Below are positions 15,620-30,600 of a stretch of DNA of 64,000 nucleotides, one piece after another. Position numbers and translations under genes: made by a program. Source of the DNA: Trichoplax adhaerens (Eukaryota; Animalia; Placozoa); NCBI RefSeq assembly GCF_000150275.1, contig NW_002060943.1, positions 4,918,008-4,982,007 on the forward strand, given 5' to 3'. The notes below the pieces were generated by a model. The model ran no database searches. It saw nothing but the letters and a program-made list of their open reading frames with translations, and was not told where the DNA came from. Positions within the stretch are counted from its first letter, which is position 1; every line of letters begins with the position of its first letter.

Positions 15620-18600
15620 CTATAGAATGGATCAAACAATAAAATGCATATTGATATTAAATATAATTTTCTATTTCTCAGTACTTTTAATGTAACAAAG
15701 ATTTGCTACTGAATAGAAATATTTTTGCTAATATTTCAGTCAAGACTTATAACATGAATTAAAAGGTCTTGCTTATATTAGCAAAAGAAAGCTATTTTAC
15801 TAAAAGGAATCAAATGAAGGCTTTTAAGTGAAACTCAAAGACTTTATTGGTTTAAAATTATCACAGGTATATTTTGTATGTCGCAGAGGGATACAAGTTG
15901 CAGTTAAAATGCGATTTATTTTAATATAATAATTTCAGGATTCTACGGTAAATTCTATCTCATTATAGGTGACTAATTGCTGGTTTAATTTGGAATAATT
16001 TGGAGTGATTAAGTTGATAATCTGGATCCACTAACTGCTCTTGCAGCATATAAAAGGTGGTGTAGCTCAGTAGTAAAGGGGCAGTGAAATAAAAAGGTAA
16101 AGGTTGGGATATTCCTAAAATCGTGAACAATCTCCTTTATTTTGATTCTTTGGTTGGTTAAGCCAGTAGTTCCTCCCTTTTTAAGTTTTCTAAGTAATTT
16201 TGTGAGATTATTATTAACAATTTCAGCTAACTCGTGTTTTCCCTAAACTTAAGTTGAAATTTAATGTTGTTAGGTTAAGTTTAAGTTGACCGTTGATTCT
16301 TTAACTTAGGATTATCCAAAATATCATACTTTAATGGCATCTCATGTCTTGTTAGTATCCCATCATGTAATACTATTCTACACATGCAAGTGGCTAAAAA
16401 CGTAATAACAGGCAATGAAAACTTTCATCTTAGCTATTTAATTAGTAGCATTATCGAATAATTTTGCTAACGATAATCATTCCCATCACCGACATATTTT
16501 AGTTTACTATAAATAATATCGTTTAGTTTCATTGTTACTCAATCAAACTTACAAAGTATATAGGCTAGTTAATCCATTAAAAATATCTTGATTAAATTCC
16601 ACTAGTAAATTTCTCTCTAAATGCCTAAAGTAATCGATAAAGGTCCAGTACAGATTATTTCTTACGTATATAACAAATCTTAATGAATGACGGTATACAA
16701 TGTATAAAATTTCAAATATGATTCTCACACTTCGAATTAAAAGTATTACTAGATAATAGCTTACAGTTCCTTCAGGTTACTCAGAATTGAAAAGCAGTTT
16801 GCGTCCAGCTTTCGAATATTATTATCTGATAAGTATCTGTAAAATGGTAAGGACTATTTAAATTTTCATGTTAATCCAATCCATTATAGAACTTTACTTC
16901 TACTATAGAAATCGTCTATTTAAAGTATTTTGAGAAAATTATATTCCTAAGTTCGAATTTTTAATATGAATAGCGCCCTAAAACATTACATTTACTGCAA
17001 TCTTATCGATCATACGTACAAAGTTTCGAGGTAAAAAAATCCCGTAAATGTTTTACCACAGACATCACTCATGAAGTTATTTCCCATATATCTAGAAACA
17101 AAAGCAGCAAATTTATGCTAAACTAATACAATAATTTTTTAATTCAATATACGTTACTCTTTCATTCATGGAACATTTTTTATCGAAAATTGTAGTATAA
17201 GCTAATTAGTAAGTACGGCATTCTAAGAATAGAATGTTGATACTAAGCTTAATCAGATTAGTTATTTATCATTATACCGTTATAAAACAGCTTTACAAAA
17301 TAACTTTACATGTGATCAATAAGTCATTTCTCAAAACCACGTATCCGGGAATAATGTCTACTCTATCTGAAACTTTTTCTCTACTATCAGAAAAAATAAA
17401 GACTTGGGCTCCTCGTATTGCACGCTAACCACTAAATTTAATGGCTAACTATGTTATACGGTATGCCTTGTTCATATACTCTTCTACAATAGTTCAGACA
17501 TCTCAGTTAGTAATATTAATTAGGAAGCCTTCCGATGAATCAGAAGCTAACTTTACCTACTACTAACTAATGAAGACAACAGTATATATATAAGAACATA
17601 GGCATCTAATGACTAACACAAAATAGTCAGATTACAATATATAATTGTTACGGAGCAAAGCACCGTACTTGCTAATTAAATAGATTTTGTCAGTATTTAG
17701 CTAATACATCATATTGGTAAGCATAATTGAAATTAAGAATATTAATGTCTAGATTGCTAGACGACAAAAGGCATAATTGTATTTGCAATTAATTAGTAGA
17801 ACCTATATACAGTAGATATTAATAATGGCGATACGTTAGCACCCGCTACGTACGCGCGATTATCATGCATTTATCGTGCAATTATCGCGCATTTATCGTG
17901 TGATTATCGCGCATTTATCGTGCGATTATCGCGCATTTATCGTGTGACTATCGCGCACTTATCGTGCGATTATCGCGTATACAAATCATGTAAATCTTAT
18001 ATTGTGAAGTTACTATGTGTGCACCATAAATTTAGTGGAATGGTATAAAAGGACGAGCGAATGCTCAGTTCCTGAGTTCCTTATTAGATCGTGTACGAGA
18101 AGGTACTCGGCTACTCTACTAATAAAAACTATACTAATCTTTTAGAACAGTCTTATCCCTGTGTGACCGAAAGTAGTAAAGAACTACCATACAGTAGATC
18201 TCCAGGTGTAGTGGAGCAAGGCATAAGTAATCTATTAGTTTAGTGTAGTAGTTCGCAACATAAGTTTGTGACAATCCTATCATGGAACACTTTTCAAGAT
18301 AATATAAAACCTTCTATACTCTAATCTCAACTATACAGCATATAATACTGCAATAGATACAAAGCCTTAAATTTAATGAATAAAATACAAGGTAGTTATC
18401 ATAAACTATTCAATAGTGAGGATTTTAGGGCACTATTGTGTATACATATGGCCTAAATTATTCAGATTCTTTAATGAACTTACAGTATTCTAGCTTTGGC
18501 ATATCCACTTCTTGTGTCTTTGTTAATTGCAGTGATCTTGTTGTGATCCAAATAGCTATGATGCAACAAAAATATGAGTAAATATATTTAGGAAATTTGC

Positions 18601-21600
18601 TTTAATGCATTCATGCAATTAAAACTAAAAAATTTAAATCCTATTACAGTTCTTAGTCCTTCAAGTTTACGTTATACCTACATTGCCTGTAAAGACAAAA
18701 GATCTGAAAAGTAATAGGCATTAATCTCCATTATTTGGTTATAGCTCAGATATCTGTCAACGTATCAGTAGATAAAGGGTTAATTTTTGATCTTTCTTTA
18801 ATTAACTTAATAGCTAATTAGTAAAAATTGAGATTCTTATTTCTTGGTCAAACATACAAGCTCCTTAATGATATGCTCTGTGCAACAAACATACTATGAT
18901 CCAAATGGGACAAATTATTGTTACGCAAATCTCTGTTATTATAAAACATAAATTCATCTTTGTTAGAACTAAGGAGTCGATATGTATGTTACATAAGGCA
19001 TTCTATCTATTTTATAAGTTAATATGGAATAATTTAAGTTTATTGCATTTTTTCTTCTTACAATGACTTTAATTCTTTCAATGGCTGGATAAATTCTTTT
19101 ACATTGCTCGATAGCAGGTTATTTCGACTTAAATTTCTAATTTAATTAAAGCCAATATTTTAGAAAGAATATCTCATTAAATGTCTGAAATATAAGCATT
19201 CTAAAATAGATTACACATTTACAGTACTTCTATAGTCATACTCCTTTAATATTGTAGATTAACGAATCATTTTTCAGCCTTGATAAAGTAATATCAAGTA
19301 GAGCATTTTTTGTAAAATTCTACTTTATTACATGAAATTAGTTCATCTAACATTACTATCTACCTTCAGTCTAAGAATTTCTGACTTATTATTTTAAAAT
19401 CTACAATTTACATTCTTACAATCAAAGTTTGAACTTCAATTATCTTTATACAATCCTATAATTTTTATCTTAAGATAACTTGGAGCTGCATTACTGCAAT
19501 ATTTAGTTGTTTAATTACTTATGAAGCTGAATTATGAACTACTATAATATAAAGTAGAGATACAACTTAAAATACAAATACTTTTTGGCCTTTGTTATAT
19601 ATTTAGATGATAACAGCACTTCTGAGAATTTACGTTAGACTACTGGTACTAAGATTATGAAATTATATTTTATTATAGGTATGACATAATTTTGCTGTAT
19701 GTTCTAATAAATATGAATATACTTATTCTACTTGTAAAATCATAAGTCAACTAAACCACAAGCTAAGCAATCTTCGAAATGTATAAATACAATTAGCTGA
19801 TTGATCAATAAACAATTCCTGATTAATGGTATTCTAAGCTGCTACGAGCATAATAGCCTTCAATACAACATTAGAAATTTTTTCCATTTATACAAAGTAG
19901 CAAGTATTATGTTATTATTCTTACAATCTTTCCAAGCTAATCTCTTTTGAGAAAACATCCGCTTCTAACAGTAGTATTTGATTGCCGGCAAGATTACTAG
20001 TAACCCAGAAAAATGTAGTATTAATTCATAAGATTTTTCAGACTTAGAAATTCAATATACTTCATGTAATTACATCAAATATTGAAATTAGATGCTTAGG
20101 TAAGCTTTACGAATATGTAAATCTGATAAATTACGAAATATATTGGTATTCATGACAAAAGTAAATATTTGTTATGATATCTTACAGATTTTTCAGCGTG
20201 GATAAAGGTGGTAATCTTATATGATTAGATTGCAGGTCGCCTGCAATATCCAGGCTATTGTAACTTATATCTCTTAAAGAAAATAAAAATTTAGAACATT
20301 AATAGAAAGCTAGCAGTTTAAATTATATTAAGACAGAGGAATAAAATGTCTCATGTTCTTGAAATATAAACGAAACATATCCTCATAATTAAAGTCTGTT
20401 CATTCATCAATGCTCATTTACAATGTCTTAAGAAGTGGCAATTTCTCCATGCAATTAGTGGCATTTTGACCTAAGTTGCTATTGCCAAGATTCCTAATTA
20501 AAAATCGATCAATGTTATTTAGGATAATGATCACTTGCTCTCCTAGCAATACATTTCTGAATATAAATGAGTCAAATTACACTCGTAATCGCACATCGAT
20601 TACCATAAACTCACATGATAAATAAGTCAATCAACGGCTCTACCACGGCACATTGTATGTGGTGCATATTGTTGCCCACTAAGTTACTTTATTGGAAGAA
20701 AGGGTATCATAGATTAAAAATAATTGACTGTCTTAATAAACATTATGAACTGTACCAGCAAATCGTGAATCTTATAATTTGAAATTGAAGCTCATTTTTA
20801 AATAAAAGTGCTGCTATAAGGCATCAATGTGTTTAGAAATTTTATGCGTACGAGAGCGACATAAGTTATTAATGCTAAATCTAGGAAAAGTCGCCATTCG
20901 AAAATTTTCATTTTATTAATATAAATATGTATCCAATGCTATAACTAAGAAGCTTTATTTCAAAGCTGAGACTTCATATGTAACATAATGTAAGACAGCC
21001 GGTTTACACATCTATTAGTATTATGAACATTGAATTAGAAATGACGATAACGATAGTAACTTATCTGCATGTAGAAAATTTCTATTTAAATGGAGTCTTT
21101 CTTAAATGAAGTATCGACTATGAATAGTTCTAATTTTTTATTTTTCGACTGCATGACTTATTTTATTGAACAATGTCTATTGCAGTATTATTAATAAATC
21201 CTGCTGTATCTCGAGCTGTGAGAATTATATAAATTGTAGCATGTCTTTGAATACACTTTTTAGATAAGTAAGAGCAAGCAAGAAAATCATTTGCGCAACG
21301 CACTATCGTCCAACCGTGTTTAAAATAGATGAATTCACGCATTATTAACTTTCTACTTTGTAAATTTTAAGCAATTGCATTACTTACAGCTCTTCTAGTA
21401 TCTCTAAGCCTTGAAAAGCGTCAACTTGGACATCGCTAATGTTATTATGACTAATGTCTCTGGTTTTATAGGAAAGAAACAAAGAAAAGGATCAAGAGAT
21501 AAAAATGAAATATGAGAAAAGAGATCGATTATAAAACTAAAGATTAAATTGAAACAATATTTGCATTATTAAAATAAAATCATGATTAGTTTTTACGTTT

Positions 21601-24600
21601 ATAATGTGTCGTATCTAGCCACAACTGTAAGATATAGTATTTACATGGAGTGCTGATGTTGCATCCATATACGAAGATATAGCGAATAGCCTTACTTAGA
21701 TGTTATACCTGATATGTCTTAACAACACAAAATGTGTCATGATTACTTGTATATAGATATATTATGATATAAGAATGGTATTGTAATGCTAATTATGGTT
21801 ACTATAAGTTATTAGATTAATTCCATACTGAATTCCGTTGACAATACTACGAACCGTCGTATTGATTTTGTTTTTGTTATTGATTAACCTCTAACGCTAT
21901 ATAAGTAGATTCGCTATCCCTCTCAACTAAATCCTAAATTTTAAGATCTGTGATTTGTTGTACGACTATTATTACTCAGTTTAAAATAACAATTGTTATT
22001 TGAAATATTATTAAGAAAGAAGACTTCATTACAGATGGTTATCGTGATTTTATACATACAAGATTTTAAGAGATGTCAAGTTCTTAAAGCGACAACCCTT
22101 TAATGTTGCCAAGTAATTTTGGGCTAAATTTCTATTAAATGGATAAAACTGGGTTAAAATATCAATTTTCAATTTACTTGATATAACTATGATAACATTT
22201 TCATGAGTAAAATATAACATATATCTTATTAGCTAATAATAGCTAAACTTAGATACTTACAGAGTTCTTACAGTTCGAAGATCATCAAAATAATGATTCC
22301 CTATTTCTATCATCTTATTACGGCTGAGGTCTCTTAGATAATTAAATCATTAGAATTAGCTTAAAATAATTTAAGATGGCATAGTTGTTAATCTTTACTG
22401 TAAAAGTAAAGCATAAGAAGTTTATCTCACAGTTTAGTAAGTTTAACTAAATCCTTTGCGAATCCGAAAGCCAGGGAACGTAATTTATTGCTGCTTAAAT
22501 CCCTAAGTATTTAATGATGTGTTTGTATGTTACACCTAACGACAATTCTCATAAAGCTTAATCGGTACCATAAAATGATTTAAAAAAATCCGCTATAATA
22601 TGATAAAGAGTGCAATATAATGGATATAAATGCAAAGAAAAATCTGAAACGGTTAGCTATTGGACTAAGCTGATCAATATGAATAAATATTATTGATACA
22701 AAATATGGTATTAATTATGTAGTAAAAAAATATATATAACATAGGATATTCTGGATAATATCTCAAGAGTTTGCTAAGACTAAACGAAATTATGCAATAT
22801 CCTGGTCTATAACTAATACCACATTTCATAATGTTAGAAGATTTGAACGTATATTTATCTTCTGTATGGCTAATATAAGGTAGTATTGTTATTTGTTTTT
22901 AAGCGATAAGCTATGCGACAATAATGATACTGCTATAATTCTAGCTACTTTATGTGAAATGCAATGTGGCGAATAATTTAGATAAAATTCTGATTTCTGA
23001 TCTTCTAATCTTATTAATCATTTATTATTTCGCCATCAAAACGATTTTTTGTTTTATCATTATGTATAGTTATTCATGATGAAGATGCAGCAATGCAACT
23101 ATTACTTACAATATTTCTAAGGTTCTTAAACCTGAAAATGAACCTTCATGGATTGTTTCAATTTCATTTTTAGACAGATATCTAGGTAACAACATTGAGA
23201 TATACTAAGCAAGCTATTTCAATCTATTTCTATAACACCAAATTAATTCTATATTGCCAAACACAGAAAAGGCATACTTCAAGAGTAATCGTAAATAAGA
23301 TATATGCGATAATATTTAAGATATGATAATTTAAGCTAAGAATTTCTGGAAAAGACTTACAATTTTTTAAGATTTCCTTGCCTATAAAACTGATTGTCTT
23401 CAATATATTTGATTTTATTTTCAGTCAGATTACTACAAATAATGAAGAAGGAAAATTTCTCCATATGCTTGTTACTAATTAACACTTCATTAGAGTTTCA
23501 TAACAAAATAACAATGCCCTTACAGTATTTTTAAAGCTGCCAAATGCTTCAAAGCCCTATTTGGAATAGAGACAATTTCTGAAGAGTTTAAATGACTAAA
23601 CAAGCAAATATCCGGAGTTAATTTGGATCTAATTAAATGTCTAATGAGTTTTGTCATGCTAAAAAAGTTATGTTTATTGTTATTAATCTTACATCTCTAG
23701 TAGGTGAACCAAATTTAAGAAAATTTCGTCTTGTATATTTTTCATATCATTTCCACTAATGTCTCTGCAATAAGTTAGATATTTACAAGCAAATTTTGAT
23801 GATCAGATGACTTCTATTACGGAAATCATTTAAGAGCAGAACAGTTTTGAAAAAAATGCGTTTTAAGTTTTTATTCAATCAGTCATTTAACTATAATCCG
23901 GTATCGCTGGATGATACTTACATCATTTCCAACCGTTGCAATGCAATAAACGTGTTAGAGTTAATTTCGTTAATTTTATTACCTTTAAGCAAGCTAGAAT
24001 AATTAAATTTTATCATTCATTAGAAACTTGATTAAGATATAGTGTTTTCGTGAGCCCGAATGGAATAGGGCCAATGGCCTTTAGAACGATCGTAAATCAA
24101 CAATTTACTTTATTTATAAGTGAAAATATAAATTTGTCAAATTTCATCGAAATTGGCTAGTAGATTTGCTCAAGATTTGCAAATTTGACCTAAAACATGA
24201 TCGCAATGGATCTTCATCGTACATAAAGATATATTCTAGTGTACTCTAGTACTTTTAAAGGTTATAATATACGGTGAATAAGGGCAATATTGTATCAGCT
24301 AATCGCACTAGGTACATAAAATAATTGTTTAGGTTACTACAAAGCATTTCTAATGACTGTCTTTGGAAAATTTATTATGCCACTTCCAAATACTGTTAAA
24401 TATTAAGCAATTAAGCGATTTACAGCAGTAATAATTTTATTATAATCTATAGTAACTACATTTAATTCTATTCTTCTAAAAATAAGTAAATATTATATCT
24501 CAAGGAAATCTTATTATTACTTACAGGTGCGTTAAATGCGGTAAACTAACAAAATAATCCCGTATTTTCTTGAGTGAATTAAAGGCCAAATTACTAAATC

Positions 24601-27600
24601 GGAAATGATAATTAATTATAGATCTTGAAGACGTAGATTTTATGGCCAAAAAATAATCTAGTATATGCAATGGCACTCTTACAGTTGCTTAAGACTTAGT
24701 AATCCGTATAACATTTTCTCATTTATAATGTCAATACGATTTCGTTGAAGATTCCTAAGAATAAGATGCTATTTTTCAAATTTTACCAATAACTGATCAA
24801 AATATTCAATACATAATAATTAATGACTAATCAACTTTCAAAAAGTGCCACTCTGAAAACCGATCCTTCTACAAATGCAACCTCGAATATTATTGATACA
24901 AGCTGTAAATCCTACAGGTTCTTACAACTCTAGAAGATGCGATGAGGAGTAAAGAAAATAGTCTTCTATGTTCGTTATGTTGTTATCGTTGAGATTACTA
25001 TGTTTAGAATAAAAGTCAAAAATTTAATTCCAGTTGAACTTGACGAACTACCAAATTATATTCACTAGAACATCTAAGATCATCAATTAAAAGCACGTAA
25101 TTTCCGGTGGTCGGAAGTAAATTTTCATTCAGAATATTTTGCATAATTAAAATGAAAACATCAGATACTAAAAGATCCCTAATTGGACAATACAACTCAG
25201 CATTTTGGTGTGGCAAATTAATATTCTTAATGTCTTCTTGCGCCTTTATATCACATTATCAAATGGCGTTATATTACTTCGAATTCAAAATAATGTAACA
25301 CAGCCATAATAAAAAATAACGAAGCCAAATAGATCTTTATTCGTAACCTACTAGATTTAAGTATTGACTAAATATCTAATGGAAGTTGCAGTTTAACAAT
25401 TGTAGTTTCATCATAGTTAAAGTACTAGGTTATCTTACATTTTTCTTAAGAATTTTAGAGGCGAAAATTGATATCTAGTCAATGTTGTCAATCTATTTCG
25501 AGATAGATCGCTAAAATTAAAAATGTAAGAAAATTTAGAAGATAAACATTTTAGTTGCAATTCGTGAATCTAATTTTACAATATTTAGTAATTACACGTA
25601 AGATCTTACAGAAATTGAAGCCTGCCTAAACCTTGAAAACATTTTTCTTGGATGGCAAAAATTCGATTTCGAGACAAATCCCTAATCATTTCGATTTAAA
25701 ATATGGATATATTAAATAAGTTAACCTGAATCGCTAGCAAATAATAGAAATTTTTTGCTTACTCTACTTGCACAGTATTCGTTTATAAAATATAATTATC
25801 AACGACATTTTTAAGCTATTTTATGCTTTGCTTTAGGTGAATGTGTGAATTTTGAAAGGACAGTTATGCTCAATTATAGTATGTCTGTAACATTATGATC
25901 TTATATAGAAGATGCCTAGTATAGTAATATCCTAATATACGAATACTTATCATATACCGTTTAAGTACTGTATTGTATTACATTCATAATGTACGACATC
26001 ATGACTACATATAGACGACATGCTATACATATAAAGACATTATCTCAATCCCATCTAAAACCTATAAATACCCTTGTACGCTAACTCGTTAGTCAGTTCC
26101 TACATTCCTGCTATCTCAAATACCTTATCTATAACAACCATATCATTGTTAGCCTGTAACTTGTATCTCAATAAAATCCTTTATACCTTCTATCATCGTC
26201 TACCTTAAAATACTTTACGCTACTTAAAGAAGATATCATTACATGTCTAGATAAATAGATATTCGCAAAATCAATAGTTTACTCACAGATTATTTAGATT
26301 TTGCATCCCTGTAAAAGCATTAGCTTGCAATTCTTGAATATTATTTCTAGTTAAATTTCTATTTGATTTGACAGATAATGTTAATGTTTGTAGTCAAGTA
26401 TTTTTTAAATGGTCAAATATTTAATGAACTGCACGCTAAACAGATTTAATATATGTGTAATTACAATTTAAGCATTGAATGCATTCTGTTAAAGGCACCA
26501 ACTTCTATGTTTTGGATCTTGTTTTGAGCTAATGACCTAAATAAATTTAATGCGTTATTTAAAGTGCAAATAAGAACTGATTTCGACACAGTAATTACTG
26601 TAGCTAATTTTTCGCATACAATTCCGTTAAATTGAGTAAAGATGAAAATTGATTCTCGTGCATTCTAGTCAAAAGATTTCCTTGCAAATACCTTTAAAAC
26701 AATAAAAACAGCATTTAAATATAAAAGTGAATAAATTTTGAGAGAAAATATGTTCTATGGTGCAAAGATACTTTACTCTATGCCTACAGCGTTAATATTC
26801 TCTAGTTCACTCACAAATATTTCAAGTCTTCTAATTTGCTGAAGGATTCTACGTCTAAGCTAGCCAGTCGATTAGCTGAGAAATCCCTATGTTATATCAT
26901 TATCATAATAACAGGTCTATGTAAGGGGATTATTCCGTATCGATTTTCTTAATTCAATGGTAAACAACTAATAATGTCGTAAAGGTCATACAATGTCTGT
27001 AGTTTCGTTAAACCAACAAATTGATGTGCTTTTAACTTGGCGATTATGTTTCCGCAGATAGACCTAATCAATACCATAATTTAAATTAAAGCTACTAATT
27101 TGTCATATTAAATTATAAAAAAATTTAGCATTAACGGCTCAGTTGTGTCTTGCTTCTTACACTTGTGTAACAACTTACAAGGATTTCAAGCTATGCAATG
27201 CTACAAATGCTGAAGGATCTATCGTTGAGATTATATTTCCGCATAAATTGCTATAATTCCGGGTATAACAGTCATAATTTAAAAAATATGATTGATAGAA
27301 TTCAGGATTGATACAGCTTTTGAAATATTAAGAAGGATAGATTACTGCTAAATAAGCTATTGGTTATCGCTATAGTGTCCTCGTAGTTCTGAAAGTGCAT
27401 TTTATTAGCGCTTAGAAAAAGTTTGCTCTACTGAGCTTATTCTTTAGAAGAAGTGTCATTATATCGGATATTGATAATGTTCTACGCTTAAACGTTACGT
27501 CCATTTATACTTACAGAGTATCTAATTTCGATAAGCCGATGAATGCAGTGTATTCGATATGTTCTAGCTGATTTTGATGCAAATATCTGTATGCGAAGGA

Positions 27601-30600
27601 ATTAAACGTAGAAGCATATCACTTATGTCTATAGAAAATACCCAGCACGTAGCATCTATTTTAAATAACCAACCCTACAAATAATATATCGTATATATGT
27701 TCTAGCAAGCTTAATTATCCTTACAATGATTTCAATTCAGTCAAATGAATAAAGGATAATGCGGAAATATTTCTTAAAATATTCCTGGATATGTCCCTAT
27801 CCGAAATTTACAACGGTTAGAATGCTAAATCGTACTAAGTAAATTCATAACGATTTTCAACGAATTTAAGTTCATCTTACAAAATTTTCAATCTTTCCAA
27901 GTGCATCAAATTGTCTTTCGTTATATTTTCTAATAGATTTCCTGATATGCGCCTAACATTTTCCCAAAGAAATACAATATTAAATTTTTGGGAAATAAAT
28001 AATCAAATGCAATCACATTATTAATTATTTTCGAAAAGTTAAACTTCTAAAAACTAAAAACTAAACCATTTTCTACCTTAAAATCTCATCAATATTGCCT
28101 AATATACAATTAATGCACGGTTGCAAAGGTACTTATAATAGTATAATATTACTACTTAAAATTCTTTTAGAGCAATATATTTGCGGCAATTACTAATAGG
28201 ATATATGAAGCCATTGCTAAGAATATTTCAAGCCCATTATGTCAATTATATATATATCATTTGCAGTCGCAATTGAATTTAGTCAACTGCTATAATTGTA
28301 GCGATATAACATTTCATACAATTCTTCAAGATTATGCATGGATTGAAATGCGTCTGGATAAATTTTCTGTATTCGATTATTGGCCATGATTCTATCCAAG
28401 TAATGTAATGCATGAATGATAAATTTTTCCAAAAAATATGATTTAAATAAAGCAATGTCAATACTGTAGCAAAATAATCGTATCAGTGTTTAAATAGGTA
28501 GATAATTGTAATAAATAGAATATTAAATTAATAGACCTTACAGCGTTTTTAATACGGTTAGGTTACCGAAGACTTCTTTCTGAATCTTATAGATGCTATT
28601 AAATGCCAGATTACTTGTAGTTTGAAGTAAATAATAAAGTTCAGTAATATGATATATATGAACGTATATAAAAATAAAGTCATAGAACTCGGTATTCAAA
28701 GTTAAATACTTAAAAATTTGCTCATGCGTTCGACTCCGTGTGATATATACCAATCACGAAATTCCAAATTTTAGAAAAATAAGGGCTTTATTGAATCTTA
28801 TACAAAGATTAACTACACAGCTCTACTCTAGCCGAATACTACTTCTAAAGACTTCTACAACGAACTAACTGAATAATCTAAAGTTGCATGCTTTTATACT
28901 TCCCGTAGCATTCGCAGCTACAATCCGCATGGCAACCTTTTACCTTATTTTACACATAGTTAAATTATTCTTAGTAAGACTATTCTACTACGGACCATCA
29001 TTAATCCAATATGGATACGACTACAGTACTTACGTAGACATTATTCACACCAGCCAAAGTACAATGAATTAACCATATCCTAATATATGATTTACAGTTC
29101 TATTTTTACCTATAGCCATATTAGGAACTCAACAGCTTACTGTATATAGTCATCTGTACTCTAGCATAGCGTCTCTACCACTACAGTCTATAGTTACAGC
29201 TACCAAATATCTCTTAGGATAAATATCTACCGTACATTGTACTACACATGGATAACAGTCTACAATCACAATACTAAGTTACGTTACACTCCGCTTACAG
29301 TTTTATTAAACTTGATAGTTTAGAAAAAGCTTCTGGCTCCAGAAATGTAATATGATTGTCATAAAGAGATCTAAAATATTTAGATAAATATAATAAGCAC
29401 ACTTAGGCATGCGATAGACTGCATAATTTGATCTACTTGTATTACATACCATTGACAAATGTATATCACCTATATAAACTACAAGTAAATTACTATATCA
29501 TACAAGTCTATTAGCTTCTGTAAATGTTCAAATTGATGAAAGTGGATACTTATTAAAGAGTTTCTAGCTATAAGCCTTTTATAATGACCAACCAATCGAT
29601 ATTTATAGTGGACATTGATTATATCGAAAAAGAATAGCAGCATAATATTACTAAATTTGAAAACAAATTTTAAGTGCTGATATCCGATGAAAGGATTACC
29701 ACAAAAAATACTTACACCGATTTCAGTTCGGTTAAATTAGTAAAGGTATGCACGTGAAAATCAGTTATATTGTTAGCATACAAGTTGCTGTAAAAGTGTA
29801 ATTAAAAACATCTTATTGTTATGTAGCGAAATTAAAAACTAATAATTGGTAGTCCTTTAAAGTATTGAAAATTTACTATGAATTTAGTAAGCTAATCTAA
29901 ACTTACATAACTTGAATCCGAGGTGATCGATGAAAACATTCCGAACATACATAGGCAATCCGATTATAACTTAAATCTCTACGGAAAAAATATCTCCTTA
30001 ATTAGCATTTTACAATATATTGGATAGGAGTAACTTTAAAATTTCATTCCTAACATGCTAATAAGCTGAGTTAATCCATCAAAAGAATGATCATATAGGC
30101 TTTCAATGATATTATTAGATAAGTTCCTATAGAAGAGGAATGGTAAGTTTCTTATAATTCATATCTTATTGCAATAGTAAACATAATACAAAATATTACA
30201 GAAAACTTACAAAATTTTTAAGCGATTTAAAGATAAGAATTCATATGGCTTAATTTCCACTATCTTGTTATAAGTCAACTTTCTAATTGATTCAGCAATA
30301 ATCATTATCATACACACAAAAAGCAGCATTATGAGGTTATCTAAGTCCATTAAATAAATATTTACAAATTCTGCAAGGATTTTAAACCATTTAAAGCTTT
30401 TTCTTGCATGTCGGTTATAATATTATTTGATAAGTCTCTATAAAGAATATAAAGTGTGATAATAAATTAATTTCTTTGTATGAAATATGATTATTACGGC
30501 GTCTTTACTTGACTTCGTTATGGTAATTATTGGAGGAAAGCAATAATATCAGAAAAGTGATATTTCTACAAATTTAAGTTCTTACAATATTTCTAGCTTT

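Larger units (their letters stand above)
17278..18360. mobile_element. Old family B copy split by a nested LTR (LGR intron)
   Basis: Similar to family B from 17278 to 17645 (...TAGTCAGATTACAATAT); similarity resumes at 18274 (ATCCTATCATGGAAC). Right end approximate. Confidence 0.7.

Noticed and set aside
15620-15639. N-terminal MFDPFYR of the 441-aa ORF
   Set aside because: Intronic; the splice acceptor is at 15620-21 and the start is TTG.
16056-16120. tRNA-like start GGTGGTGTAGCTCAGTAGTA
   Set aside because: No T-loop GTTCRA or acceptor-stem pairing; more likely part of a degraded repeat (adjacent TATAAAA and AATAAA) whose ends I could not define.
17860-17977. CRISPR-like array
   Set aside because: Head-to-tail minisatellite with no unique spacers, eukaryotic context, no cas genes.
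28279-28753. 60-aa and 71-aa minus-strand ORFs
   Set aside because: Intron read-through overlapping single LRR exons (28320-28391 out of frame, 28542-28613 in frame); not separate genes.
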